DNA from: the human T2T-CHM13v2.0 reference genome, Homo sapiens | Length of the DNA: 64,000 nucleotides | Assembly: GCF_009914755.1 (NCBI RefSeq) | Contig: NC_060926.1 | Strand: one strand, 5' to 3' | In this document: positions 1-14,741 of the stretch, piece after piece | Layout of the letters: every line of letters begins with the position of its first letter | Numbering within the stretch: position 1 is the first letter of the stretch | The notes under the pieces: model-generated | Database searches by the model: none | Seen by the model: only the letters and a program-made list of their open reading frames with translations | Told to the model about the DNA's origin: nothing | Position numbers and translations under genes: made by a program

Positions 1-1689
1 ACTAAAGACTTACCTGGCTATAGCTCCATATTATAATCTACTTAAATTATAAATTATATGGTATCAGACCATCATCTGAACCATTTTAGATCTAAGAGAT
101 TTGCCATGTCCTCATATACTGTCTATTATAATCTGATTCTTCTTTCAGTCCACAAATATTTATTAAGCAAACACTCTGCAAAGTTCCAGCAACAGAGACA
201 CTTGGAAGTAGCTAGAAACTAGGAAATTAAGAAAGAATACACTTTATACAATGTGAATTCTAGGAGGATTTTGTGGGAAAAAAAATTTTAAGGGAAGATA
301 TGTTTTCAGAGTTTTACACTTAATTATTAAAAATTACAATGATTTTCAAAATGTATCTTTGACAGTGGAGATTATGTTTTGTCTGGTAATCGATCAGCTT
401 TTTCTTTTAACCAACAGTTCATCTAAAACATTTTACCAAATCCAAAGATAAGAGAATTTACAGTGAAGTTTGGAGGGTAGGGAACCCAAAATCAACTGAT
501 AGGAAACTAAAGTTTCCTTGGATAGAGCCTGCATGAAATCTCTGCACTTATGTATAGACCTGCTCAGAGCAATGTCTGTGGAAATGACTTCAAAAGCTCC
601 AAGTGCCAGAAATAACAACTGCTCTGGATCAAGTCCAGGAACAGATATTGGGACTAGAAAGAGGGATTTTCCAAAAATCTGAGTTTCATTTTTATCTATA
701 ATATTGTTGAAAAATGGAAATGCTACTATGTGAAACTCTGGCACTTTTTTGGCTATAAAAAAGCCATGTGTACAGTATGAGCTATCATGCTTTATCAAGT
801 CTGAAGAACAGAGAAAGCCATAGGGGAACCTTATAATGGTTAATAACCTCCTAATAAAGTACATTTGTGCATTGATAAGGACTATTGAAAATTTCTAATT
901 AATTATTAAAATCATTTGAATTTCATTTGTCTGTTAAACTAATATCACTGATCCTGAATAGCATGCTTCTGTTGGGTTCTTATCTTGAGAAAAATTTGAA
1001 TTGTCTTAATATTTTGCTAGTCACATAAAGAATTCAAGTACCATATTTTCAAATTAAACTTGCTTTTGCTTAAAGTTTTTCCTCTAAAAAATACATATTC
1101 AGCTAAGTAATCTGTATTTAGGTATTTAATCTAAATCTGTATTTTATTTTAAGCAAATACAGAAAGCATCTTTTAGAAAAGTTATCATGCACTATTCCAC
1201 AACATAAAATTAAATCTTTTTTCTTTGATAAATCTGATTTTACACATAATGGTTCACTCAAAAAATCAACAAGAAAAAAAAAAGATGGGAGAGAAAAGCA
1301 ACCTGCTGGTGTTATAAGTAAATTTGTAAGGCAGCTAATCCATACCTCTTCAAGAATAATCCTTACCGCTTTATGGACCTGGTTTTAGCAATGCTAGTGA
1401 GTTGAGTGTAGTTTACCTATTATAGTGTAATGGTAATTTTTATTTTCAATAGCTTTAAAATAAAATAGTATGATGATCCAAAAGCACATTTCTAAAAAGG
1501 ATTAGCATGTTGTTGTAAGAATATGTGTTTAGGAATTGGATGGCTAAACTATATGATCTTCTTGTAGGGCTTCAGAGAAAAGATTAGTTTATTTATATTT
1601 CCAGCAGCAAGACAGACTCAATACCCTGAATGATTCTACCTATAAATACCACTGAAACAGCTAGACAAAATACTTTATTTATTTCCAAG

Positions 1690-1843
1690 CTCATTTTATT
1701 TTATTTCACATAATTTTTATTTAAAAATATTTAATTGACAAAGATGGAATCTTTCCAAGGTGCAAAACATAATGATTTGATATATGTATACATTGTGTAA
1801 TAATTACAATCAAATTAATTAACACATTCATCAACACCCATGA
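1690..1843 (-). mobile_element. L1MA-type 3' end fragment
   Basis: T-rich tail followed by 'gatttgatatatgtatacattgtgtaataattacaatcaaattaattaacacattcatc', the antisense 3' end of old L1MA elements. Confidence 0.65.
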
Positions 1844-1959
1844 CTTTTTCAAAATGAATAGCTGAACTAACAAAAAAGTCAGAGTTCTTCGGAGGAAAAC
1901 AAAAACAAAAACACCTTGGGAATTAAGTGAATACCAAAGTTGGCTAAAGAAAATCACAA

Positions 1960-2960
1960 AAGTACTAGAAGAAAACATGGGTGACTTTCACTTTAACTTC
2001 AGTTAGGGAAAGGTTTTCTAACTATGACCTGAAATTCAGAGGCAATAAAAGTAGGAGAAAATATTTGTAACAAGTATCGCAGATAAAGGACTAATATCTC
2101 TAGCTTAAAAAAAAATTCAAAAGTCGAGAGAAAAAAAAAAGACCAAAAAGTCTTAGAAAAATGAGCAAAACACCGACAATTCACAGAGCTACGAAAATGA
2201 CCTCAAACCATAAGAAAGGATGTTTACCCTCACTCATAGTAAGAGAAATGCAAATGAAAACTATACCGAGATACCATTTCTTACTCAATAGATTTGCAAA
2301 CATTCAAAAGTGTGACAATGAACTCTGTTGGTAAGACTGTGGGAAACAGGACGTTTTGTACTTTGCTGTTGGATCTGCAAAATGGGATAGATCCCATATG
2401 TAGGGGAATTTGGCAAGTTCTAACAAAACTGCATATGCACTTATTCTTCAACTCAGAAATACCTTTGCTAGAAATTTACCTAGGGGACATATCTCCAATG
2501 ACACAGAAATTTATATGCACAATGCTACCCATGGTAACATCATTTATCATTGAAAACTGTTGGAAACTACCTACATGTCAAAGCAAAGGAGATTGATTGC
2601 ATACACACAGCAGAGTACTGTGCAGCTATGAAAAAGGAATAAGGATGATCTCTATGAACTGTTATGGAGTGACTTTTAGGAAACAATAATTTAAAAAAGC
2701 AAAGTGCTAAGGAGTACATACAGTATGCCTAGATTATACTAGTGTATACTTACATCTGGAACAGATATATATAAGACTATATATAGTATGCTATATAGTT
2801 TTGTGAAAGGATGAAAGGAAAATAAGAAAAGGTACATATAACTACTTATCATTACAAAAAAGAAATACAAGATGGATTAACCAGAAAATAGTAACCAGTT
2901 AGAGGTAGGGAAAATGGAGTGTAAATGGGAAGAAAGGGAGTGAAACTTCCTTGATTTTTG
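1960..2960 (+). mobile_element. Ancient L1ME/L1M 3' region
   Basis: Degenerate L1 motifs: 'ctagaagaaaacatggg', 'agagaaatgcaaatgaaaactataccgagataccattt', 'gagtactgtgcagctatgaaaaaggaat'. Confidence 0.7.
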
Positions 2961-3020
2961 AAAGTGTGTCATTATTCTTCAAATATAAGAATAAGGTTAA
3001 GTTAATAAGAATAGGAATGG

Positions 3021-4912
3021 AGCAGCCAACATCATACTGAATGGCCAAAAGCTGGAAGTCTTCCTCTTGAAAACTGGAACAAGACAAGGATGCCCTCTTT
3101 CACCACTCCTATTCAACACAGTACTCAGAATCCTAGACAGAGGAATCAGGCAAGTGAAAGAAATAAAAGGCATCCAAATAGGAAAAGAGGAAGTCAAAGT
3201 ATCTCTGTTTGCAGATGATATAATTCTACAGCTAGAAAACTTAATAATCTCTGCCCATAAGCTCCTTGATCTGATACACAAATTCAGCAAAGTTTCAGGA
3301 TGCAAAATTAACATAAAAAATCGGTAGCATTCCTGTAAACCAACAACATCTAAGCTGAGAAACAAATCAAGAAAGCAATCCCATTCATAATAACCACAAA
3401 AAGAATAAAATACCTGGGAATACAGTTAACCAAGAAGGTGAAAGACCGCTACAACAAGAATTACAAAACACTGCCTCAGAGATGACACAAACAAATGGAA
3501 AAACATTCCATGCTCATGGATAGGAAAAATCAATAGTGTCACAGTGACCATACTGCCCAAAGCAATTTACAGATTCAATGCCATTCCTATCAATCTACCA
3601 ATTGAATTGTTCACAGAATTAGAAAAAAAACTATTTTAAAATTCATATGGAACCAGAAAAAACTTGAATAGCCAAGGCAATCGTAGGCAAAAAGAACAAA
3701 GTTGGAGGCATCACATTACATGACTTCAAACTATACTGCAAAGCTACAATAACCAAAACAGCATGATACTTGTACAAAAACAGACACACAGACCAATGGA
3801 ACAAAATAGAGAAATAATGCTGCACACCTACAACTACCTGATCTTTGACAATATTCACCAGAAAAAGCAATGGGGAAAGGACTCTTTATTCAATACATGG
3901 TGCTGGGATAACTGGCTAGTCACATGCAGAAGATTGAAGCTGGACCCCTTCCCTACACCATATACAAAAATTGACTCAAGATGGATTAAAGACCTAAATC
4001 TAAAATTGAAAACTATTAAAACCCTAGAAGATAATTTGGGAAATTCCTGGCAAATACTTCATGATAAAAACACCAAAGCAATTGTGACAAAAACAAACAT
4101 CGACAAACAGGACCTAACTAAACCTAAGAGCTTCTGCACAGCAAAAGAAACTATCAACAGAATAAACAGACAACCTAACAGAATGGGAGAAAATATTTGC
4201 AAACTATGCATCTGACAAAAGGTCTAATATCCGGAATCTATAAGGAACTTAAATTTGCAAGCCAAAACCAAACAACCGTATTAAAAAGTGGGCAAAGAAC
4301 ATGAGCAGACAGTTTTTAAAGAACCACATTCAAGTGGCCAACAAGTATATGGAAAAAATGCTCAACATTACTAATCATTGGAGAAATGCAAATCAAAACC
4401 ACAGTAAGATACCATCTCAAACCACTCAGAAGGGCTATTACTAAAAAGTCAAAAAATAACAGATGCTGTCGAGGTTGTGGAGAAAAGGGAATGCTTCTGC
4501 ACTGCTGGTGAAAATGTAAATTAGTTCAGTCATCACGGAAAGCAGTTTGGCGATTTCTCAAAGAACTTAAAACAGAATTACCATTGGACACAGCAATCCC
4601 ACTTTGGTTTATATACCCAAAGGAATATAAATCATTGTACCACAAAGACACATGCATGCATATATTCATCACAGCACTAGTCACAATAGCAAAGACATAG
4701 AAACAACCTAAATGCCCATCAATTATAAACTGGATAAAGAAAATGTGGTACATATAGACCATGAAATACTGTGCAGCCATAAAGAAGAATGAGATTATGT
4801 CCTTTGCAACAACATGGAAGGAGCTGGAGGCCATTATCCTAGGCAGACTAATGCAGGAACAGAAAACCAAATACTGCATGTTCTCACTTATAAGTGGAAG
4901 CTAAACATTGAG
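3021..4912 (+). mobile_element. L1PB/late-L1PA ORF2 (RT to C-terminus) fragment, truncated at both ends
   Basis: Translation gives [21 protein letters not shown] and [14 protein letters not shown]; stops at 'ctaaacattgag' with no poly(A). Confidence 0.9.
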
Positions 4913-4919
4913 CTGAGTG

Positions 4920-6455
4920 TGGAAGAGATGGGGAGAAGTGCAAATAAATTCTTAACTCTTCACAGTAGATTTCTTCATTGTAGTGCTATAGGCAAAGCAA
5001 ATTTGGAACTATCTCAAACGTGTTATCCTAAACGTATTATGGATCAAATGAGTAAATATGCTAATGTTGTTGGCAAACAGAGTTCTCACTATAGAGGGAG
5101 AGAATAACAAATATGAGATGGGGGAAGGCAAGAAAACATCTTGTGGGTGTGGGTTGGAATTGGAGGTTTCAGTTTGAACTTAAGATTTCTAAAATACTTG
5201 TATGTAATTGTATATGCATGTTTACATTTGTATGTATGTGTATGTGTGTGTACATACACCCATATATTTCCTAGCTCTGTCCACTGAAAGGACCAGTAGG
5301 GATGAGCATACCTTTCCACCCATTCCTTGGTTTCTGATACCATTTCCCACTGAAAGGAACCAGGGCTCTTTGGAGAAATGATTGATTCTAAGACAGGTAC
5401 AAGATAAGCCTGAAACAACTTGTTAAACCAGAAAGTCAGAAGCTGAAAAGTCTTATGGGAATATGTGCCAACAACACAAGAGCCAGCTTAAAGGGGCATC
5501 CCACTAGCCAAATGTGGGACAAATTGATCTTCCAAATAATTGGCTGCAGTAATTCTAAACCATTAAAAAATAGGATTTCATGCATTTATTACAATAATAT
5601 ATAAACAAATAGGCAAGAGAAAGGGAGGTCTTTTGCTTACAGTAGAATACCAGGGAGCTACTGGTAAATGTCAGTGCAGTCCTGGATAAGAAATTATTAT
5701 TTTATAACCATCATGGTAAAGAATCATCAATGGATAGCAAACTCAGAGAGAAATTTTAATGAGGAACAGGATATTTGCATTGTTCTTCAAGATGCTTATC
5801 ATTGGAAGAGAGGGAAAAAAACAATCACGCCATTGAAATATTGGGGAAGACCTTAACCAGCTGATCAAAATTAATGACACCAATGAAGAACAGATGGACA
5901 TTGTGTATATCCAGATATGATCCCATGAGAAGGACACAACATCACTTATCCAGTGTTCCAGATAAAATTCACAATCTCAAATTAATAATGGGAGAAAATA
6001 GACAAATACAAAATGAAGAATGCACTGTTAAAAAAAACTGGGGGCAGTCTGTAATCTTCAAAAATGTCAATGTTATGAAATATAAAGAAAGGCTATAGAA
6101 ATGTTCCAGATTAAGAAGCTTAGAAAGATATAACAACAAAATGCAATACTTTCCCCTAGACTAGATATTGTTTTGGAGGGGCAAAATGCTTTAAAGGAAA
6201 TTACTCAATTAACTAACAAAATTGGAATACTAATGGAAGCATAAATAAAAGTGTGGATGTAAATTTACAAAGTTGACCATTGTCAACTGTGGTTATGCAA
6301 GGGAATACCCCTATTAGTGGGAAGTACATACTAACTATGTAATAGTAAAAAGACTATGGTGCATGTAATGTGATGTAATGATTCAGGAAAAGAATAATGT
6401 ATATAAGCAGAGAAGGAAAAGAGAGAGAAATCCAGTGGGATAAAACGTTAATAAT
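4920..6455 (+). mobile_element. L1MC-type long 3' UTR
   Basis: 'ctagctctgtccactgaaaggacc', 'taccatttcccactgaaaggaaccagggctctttggagaaatg' and 'aatctcaaattaataatgggagaaaatagaca' resemble the L1MC 3' UTR. Confidence 0.65.
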
Positions 6456-6458
6456 AGG

Positions 6459-7259
6459 TGTATTAGGTTGAATAATGTCCTCTAAGAATTCATATCCTCC
6501 TCAGAATGTGACTTTATTGGGAAACACAGTTGTTGCAAATGTAATTAAGTTAAGATGAGGTCATACTGGAGTAGAGTAGGCTTTTTTTTCCTTTTCCTTT
6601 TTCTTTTTTTTTTAAATTTTTTTATACAGGTTCTTGTTCGTTGCCCAGGCTGGAGTGCAGTGGCACGATCACAGCTCAGCCTCCATCTCCCAGGTTCAAG
6701 CAATCCTCTCATCTCAGCCTCCTGAGTAGCTGGGACCACAGGTACACTCCACCATGCCCAGCTAATTTTTAAAAAAATATTTTTTGTAGAGACAGGATCT
6801 CCCAATGTTGCCCAGGCTGGTCCTGAACTCCTGGCTCAAGTGGTCCTCCCACCTTGGCCTCCAAAAAGTGCTAGGATTACAAGTGTGAGTGACCACACCC
6901 GGCTAGAGTGGACTCTTAATGCAATATGACTGATATCCTTATAAGGAAAGAAGAGGAGATACGGAGACAGACATACACAGAGGGAAGACAATGTGAAGAG
7001 ACATACAAGAACATGTGATGATGGAGGTAGAGATCAGAGAGATGTGTCCACAAGCCAAGGAATCCCAAGAATTGCTGGCAACATCAGAAGCTAGGAGAGC
7101 ACACAGCAGATTCTCCTTTGGAGTCTTCAGAAACAGCATGGCCCCATACACCTTGATTTTGGACATCTAGCCTAGACAATTGTGAGAGAATAAATTTATG
7201 TTGTTTTAAGCTCCCCAGTTTGTGGTAATTTGTTATAGCAACCCTAGGAAATTAATATA
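6459..7259 (+). mobile_element. MLT1C-like MaLR solo LTR, interrupted by an Alu
   Basis: Starts 'tgtattaggttgaataatgtcc', contains 'ttaagttaagatgaggtcatactggag', ends 'ttgttatagcaaccctaggaaattaatata'. Confidence 0.85.
6582..6903 (-). mobile_element. AluJ
   Basis: Antisense Alu dimer with poly(T); J-type 'gatcacagctca' and 'ttgtagagacaggatctcccaatgttgcccagg'; decayed TSD tagagtaggct/tagagtggact. Confidence 0.92.
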
Positions 7260-7444
7260 AAAGGCAAGTCTGAGTGAGTGAAGTTTATACAGGCTATACC
7301 TTGTACTATTTTTATTTTTTGCAACTTTTTGTAAGTTTGAAAGTATTTCCAAATAAAATGTTTTTAAAAGAGTGTAAAAACAAACAACACAAATGAAACA
7401 CAGGGCTTCTAAGAATCTTACAAGCATTGTCCCAGTGTAGTCTC

Positions 7445-7592
7445 CCACCATCACACCCAGCTAATTTTTGCATTTTTAGTAGAGGCGGGGTTTCACCATG
7501 TTGGCCAGGCCAGTCTTGAACCCCTGACCTCATGATCCTGCCTCGGTGTCCCAAAGTGCTGAGATTACAGGTCTGAGCCACCACGCCTGGCC
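7445..7592 (-). mobile_element. AluS fragment (left arm and linker only)
   Basis: 'cagctaatttttgcatttttagtagaggcggggtttcaccatg...ccacgcctggcc'; no poly(A). Confidence 0.88.
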
Positions 7593-7593
7593 C

Positions 7594-7678
7594 TGAAAAC
7601 CATTCTTAACTCATAAGCCATATAACAATAGCAGTGAGCTGGATTTGGCCCATGGCTGCAGTTTGGCAGCCTCTGGCC
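7594..7678. mobile_element. MER58-like hAT MITE fragment
   Basis: 'aaaaccattcttaactcataagccat...ctggatttggcccatggctgcagtttggcagcctctg'. Confidence 0.6.
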
Positions 7679-8204
7679 TGCAGTATTTTCCCTCCACCCT
7701 TTGAGAGAAGCTCCCCTAGAGGCAGCAGTCAATGTCCCAGGTACATTGTAGGGAGAGCAAGTGGAGGTGGCAGGGCCAGGGCGAGACAGCTGTGGTTGTG
7801 GTTTCCTCCCACGTGGCCCCTCCTTCTGAAGGTTCTGAGAGGCCTTTGAGTGCATTTGGGGTGATTTGACTCACACTGAGGAGGATGAGTTGAGAAAGGG
7901 AGAGGCCAGAGGCATAAAGATGGTTTATGTGGCTGCTAATATGGAGGTAGCCAGGTAAGAGACAAAGTCTAAACTAGGATGAGGCCACAAGGATGGGAAC
8001 AGATTTGAGAGATACTCTTCATCGCTGCAAATGCATAAATTAGTTACAGTGCTCTCTTCTGGAGTCTTATTATCTTGTTTCACAAATGCCTGATGTCTTT
8101 TTTCATATCACCTGTAAAAGTAACCAGAATACTGGGCACTTAGGTGTCAGTAATGCTATGAAGATATCTGGTCTGCTAAGTGTTGGTGTTAAAAAAAATT
8201 ACAG

Positions 8205-8351
8205 ATGTGTATATATACATGATATATATGTACATATATGTATATATATGTGTATATATTATAGATGGATCTATATGCATATATAGATTATGTGTATATA
8301 TATACACATATCTGCATATATACACACACTATCTATATCTATACACACACA
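8205..8351. repeat. (TA/TG/CA)n low-complexity tract at an L1 tail
   Basis: Directly visible alternating purine-pyrimidine runs. Confidence 0.85.
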
Positions 8352-9378
8352 TAAAATTTGCCATTTTAATCATTTCAGATGTACAACTCGGTGACATTAA
8401 TGACATTCACAATGCTATGCAACCATCACCACTATTTTTTTCTTAAACTTTTTCATCGCCCCAAACAAAAACTGTACCCATTGAGCAATAACTGATTTCT
8501 CCTGCCCCCAGCCCTGAATAACCTTAAATCTACTTCCCATCTCTATGAATTTGCCTACTCTAGATATTTCATATAAGCATAATCATACAATATTTGTCAT
8601 TTTGCTTCTGGCTGATTTCACTTAGCATAGTGTTGTCAAGGCTCATTCATGCAGCAGCATGTATCAGAGCTGCAGTATTTTTATGGCAGAATAATATTCC
8701 ATTGTATGCATATTCTACGTTTTGTTTATGCGTTCATCTATTGATAGACACTAGGGTTGTTCTCACCTTTTGCTTATCGTGCATAATGCTATTCTGGACA
8801 TTGACGTACAACTATCCGTTTTAGTCCCCACTTTTAATTATTTTGCGATATATACCTGTGAGTGGAATTGCTGGATCAGTGGTGGTAATTCTCTGTTTAA
8901 TTTTCTTCAGGAACCACCAAATGGTTTTCCAGAGTTCTAGCATGATTTTACATTCCCACCAGCAATGCACAAGAGTTCTAGTTTCTCTCCATTCTCACAG
9001 ATGCTTGTTATGTTATTTTTCTTAATGTTATAGACATCCTAGTAGGGGTGAGGTGGTACCTCACTGTGATTTGTATTTGTATTTTCCTGATGACTAATGT
9101 TGCTGAGCATATTTTCATGTGCTGATTGGCCATTTGTGTATCTTCTTTGGAGAAATGTCAACTCAGGTCCTATGCTCATTTTTCCATTGGTGTGTTTGTC
9201 TTCTTATTGTTGAGTTGTAGGAGTTCTTTGTATATTCCAAAAATTAACCCCTTATTAGATTTATAATTTGTAAATATTTTCTCTCATTCTGTGGATCGCC
9301 TTTTCATTCTGTTGAGAGTATCCTAAGTTTTAACTTTTAATGAGGTCCAATATATCTACTTTTCTTTTGTTGTCTATG
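8352..9378 (-). mobile_element. L1MB 3' end
   Basis: 'aaaatttgccattttaatcatttcagatgtacaactc...cattcacaatgctatgcaaccatcacc' followed by antisense ORF2 C-terminal sequence. Confidence 0.85.
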
Positions 9379-10091
9379 TGAGTGTTGGTTTTGATCTTTA
9401 GTATGACTATTTGTTGATATTGGATAAGCAGTGTGGGTTTGTGTTGCTGAACATTTAAATCTCTGAGTAACTCTGTTCCCATGGCTAGAGTAGAAAAACC
9501 TGTTTAATGGAGGTGGGTCCAGGGTACAGATATCCGCTCTGGGTGGCAGAGGAAGTCTTCAGAGAGAGCTCAGATGTCTCCTTGGTCTCATCAAGAAATG
9601 CTCTTTGGAACCATTATTTGTTTAATCAGAGTCTGAGATAGTCTCAGTTTATCTAGGTGGCTGACCAAATTATAAGTGAAAATTATATTAAGCTTGTTTT
9701 AAATCTCTTTTGATATTCCCTCTTACTCTCTGCTTTTTACCTTCTCAGAGATACATGTGCCCAAAGAGAATGAACAATGGCTGGTTTCTCTTTTACTCTT
9801 CATCAGTTAAATTTAATCTTCTAACCACCTTAACTTCAACTAAAACTACTGTTTTCTGTATCATCAAGAGGGCATCATGTGGATTGTATAACCAGCGATG
9901 TCTTGTCAGCCGAATTGTTCTTAGTATTCTAATGCCTATGACATGCATAACATCACCAGTTATACATACCATTATGGTTAGTTTTTCTTTCCAGAGATAA
10001 ACTTTGTGTTTCTGTTATTTTTCATCTTTTACTCTTCAGGGATAATAAGTGTGGACCATAAAGCACAGAAATTTTGTGCCTGTATGTAGGG

Positions 10092-10125
<34 letters not shown>
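10092..10125. repeat. (GT)n(GC)n microsatellite
   Basis: gtgtgtgt...gcgcgcgcgc. Confidence 0.95.
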
Positions 10126-10126
<1 letters not shown>

Positions 10127-10934
10127 TTCAGGTGAAAGCATTTTAACTTTGTGGATACAGGTGGATTCTCCAAGTAATCCAGATACCAAAAGACATCTTT
10201 ACCCTTTCTGGACTTAAAAAATAATTTCTTGCCATGTCTAGGAAGCAAAAGCATACACCTAGAGTACATCCAAACACCTATGAAAAGATCTGAGGGCCAA
10301 TTCCAAATACTCTTCCTTTCAGAGTAGATTTGAAGCTGGTGGAATCTGCCAGTCTAGTGACTTAATCAATATAAAAGTTAAAAGGCAAACTTGATAATGA
10401 TCCTCATGATTTCACTACATTCGTATTCCTACACAAGTGACATCAACTTGGAAGAAATGGTCTGAAAGAGCAGAGTTGGGAAAATATTTAAACAAGTCAT
10501 CAGTCCTGCCACCTCAACACTGTGGCACCTTGACTGAACATTTGGAAGTACAAGAAACAAGTCGTAAACTTCTGTACCCTGGGCATGACAGCTGACACGA
10601 GAAGATGCAGGGCAGCCTCACCAAGCCACCACAGCTGCTTCTAAGGGTGTGTTTCCAGCCTCTCTGGGAGGAGGATACATGGAGCCTGAGGAGCCTGTGC
10701 AGACATTTATCAACAGGAAGGGAACAGAAAATGGGAAAAGATGGGTACAGGAGTAAAATGCTGCCAACCACAGGTTTGTTCAAGGTGGGGTCTGATGAAG
10801 AAGGAGAAAGAAGGAAGAATAGTGCTTCTCTTTCTAGAGTCACCCAGATACAAATGAATGTGGATGTAAATAAGTGGAGTAGGAGAATACACAAATTCTG
10901 CTCTACACATCGTACCTCTTCAGTTTTATGTGTG

Positions 10935-11068
10935 TTTAGGAATATCCTGGGGGTTTTGTTAAAATGCAGATTCTGACAAAGTTAATCTGGGATGGGTTGG
11001 AGATGCTGCATTACTAACAAACTCCCAGGTGATACAATGCTGCCGAACTCCACTTTCGGTATTAAGGC
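10935..11068. mobile_element. MER5-type hAT MITE
   Basis: 'ttgttaaaatgcagattctg...ctgcattactaacaaactcccaggtgat...ccacttt'. Confidence 0.75.
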
Positions 11069-11259
11069 TATAAATGGAAGTTCAGGTAGCAAAAGAATGA
11101 AGAAGGAAATGAGGGTGAGTGGAGGGTCATAAACCCCAGTACTCTCCCTGCCTGTCATGCCCTGGGACCACTTCCATGGAGGGATCCTTTGGATTCTTCC
11201 ACAACTAAATCTCTTTAAGTGGGGTCCATGACAGAATTCCCTCTTATAAGAATGTTAGT

Positions 11260-13091
<1,832 letters not shown>

Positions 13092-13154
13092 TATGATATT
13101 AGCTGGTTATTTGGCTCGTTAGTTGATGCAGTTTCTTCCTAGCCTTGATGGTCT

Positions 13155-14166
13155 TTACAATTTGGCATGTTTTTGCAGTGGCTAGTACTGGTTGTTCCTT
13201 TCCATGTTTAGTGCTTCCTTCAGGAGCTCTTTTAGGGCAGGCCTGGTGGTGACAAAATCTCTCAGCATTTGCTTGTCTGTATTTTATTTCTCCTTCACTT
13301 ATGAAGCTTAGTTTGGCTGTATATGAAATTCTGGGTTGAAAATTCTTTTCTTTAAGAATGTTGAATATTGGCCCCCACTCTCTTCTGGCCTGTAGAGTTT
13401 CTGCCGAGAGATCAGCTGTTAGTCCAATGGGCTTCCCTTTGTGGGTAACCCGACCTTTCTCTCTGGCTGCCCTTAACATTTGTTCCTTCATTTCAACTTT
13501 GGTGAATCTGACAATTATGTGTCTTGGTGTTGCTCTTCTCGAGGAGTATCTTTGTGGTGTTCTCTGTATTTCCTGAATTTGAATGTTGGCCTGCCTTGCT
13601 AAATTGCGGAAGTTCTCCTGGATAGTATCCTGCAGAGTGTTTTCCAACTTGATTCCATTCTCCCCATCACTTTCAGGTACACCAATCAGATGTAGATTTT
13701 GTCTTTTCACATAGTCCCATATTTCTTGGAGGCTTTGTTCATTTCTTTTTATTCTTTTTTCTCTAAACTTCTCTTCTCACTTCATTTCACTCATTTCGTC
13801 TTCCATCACTGATACCATTTCTTCCAGTTGATCACATCAGCTACTGAGGCTTATGCATTCATCACGTAGTTCTCATGTCATGGTTTTCAGCTCCATCAGG
13901 TCCTTTAAGGACTTCTCTGCATTGATTATTCTAGTTATCCATTCATCTAATTTTTTTTCAAGGTTTTTAACTTCTTTGCCATTGGTTCAAACTTCCTCCT
14001 TTAGCTCAGAGTAGTTTGATCTTCTGAAGCCTTCTTCTCTCAGCTTGTCAAAGTCATTCTCCATCCAGCTTTGTTCCATTGCTGGTGAGGAGCTGCATTC
14101 CTTTGGAGGAGGAGAGGTGCTCTGATTTTTAGAGTTTCCAGTTTTTCTGCTCTGTTTTTTCCCCAT
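13155..14166 (-). pseudogene. L1 ORF1p remnant (frameshifted)
   Basis: KRQNLHLIGVPESDGENG..TPRHIIVRFTKVEMKE..ARREWGPIFNILKEKNFQPRISY; small deletion near 13280. Confidence 0.9.
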
Positions 14167-14741
14167 CTTTGTGGTTTTATCTACCTTTGGTCTTTGACGA
14201 AGGTGACGTACAGATGGGTTTTTGGTGTAGATGTCTTTTCTGTTTGTTAGTTTTCCTTCTAACAGTCAGGACCCTCAGCTGCAGGTCTGTTGGAGTTTGC
14301 TGGAGGTCCACTCCAGAACCTGTTTGCCTGGGTATCAGCAGCAGTAGCTGCAGAGCAGTGGATATTGGTGAACCGCAAATGTTGCTGCCTGATCGTTCCT
14401 CTGGAAGTTTTGTCTCAGAGGAGTACCCGGCCGTGTGAGGTGTGAGTCCACCCCTACTCGGGGGTGCCTCTCAGTTAGGCTACTTGGGGGTCAGGGACCC
14501 TCTTGAGGAGGCCGTCTGTCCGTTCTCAGATCTCAAGCTGCATACTGGGAGAACCACTACTCTCTTCAAAGCTGTCAGACAGGGACATTTAAGTCTGCAG
14601 AGGTTACTGCTGTCTTTTGTTTGTCTGTGCCTTGCCCCCAGAGGTGGAGCCTACAGAGGCAGGCAGGCCTCCTTGAGCTGTGGTGGGCTCCACCCAGTTT
14701 GAGCTTCCTGGCCGCTTTGTTTACCTCCTCAAGCCTTGGCA

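Noticed and set aside
433-864. 143-aa minus-strand ORF
   Set aside because: No recognisable domain or exon structure; consistent with a chance ORF in AT-rich DNA
10514-10976. Overlapping 123-126 aa ORFs in unique DNA
   Set aside because: No recognisable homology and no convincing splice or promoter context
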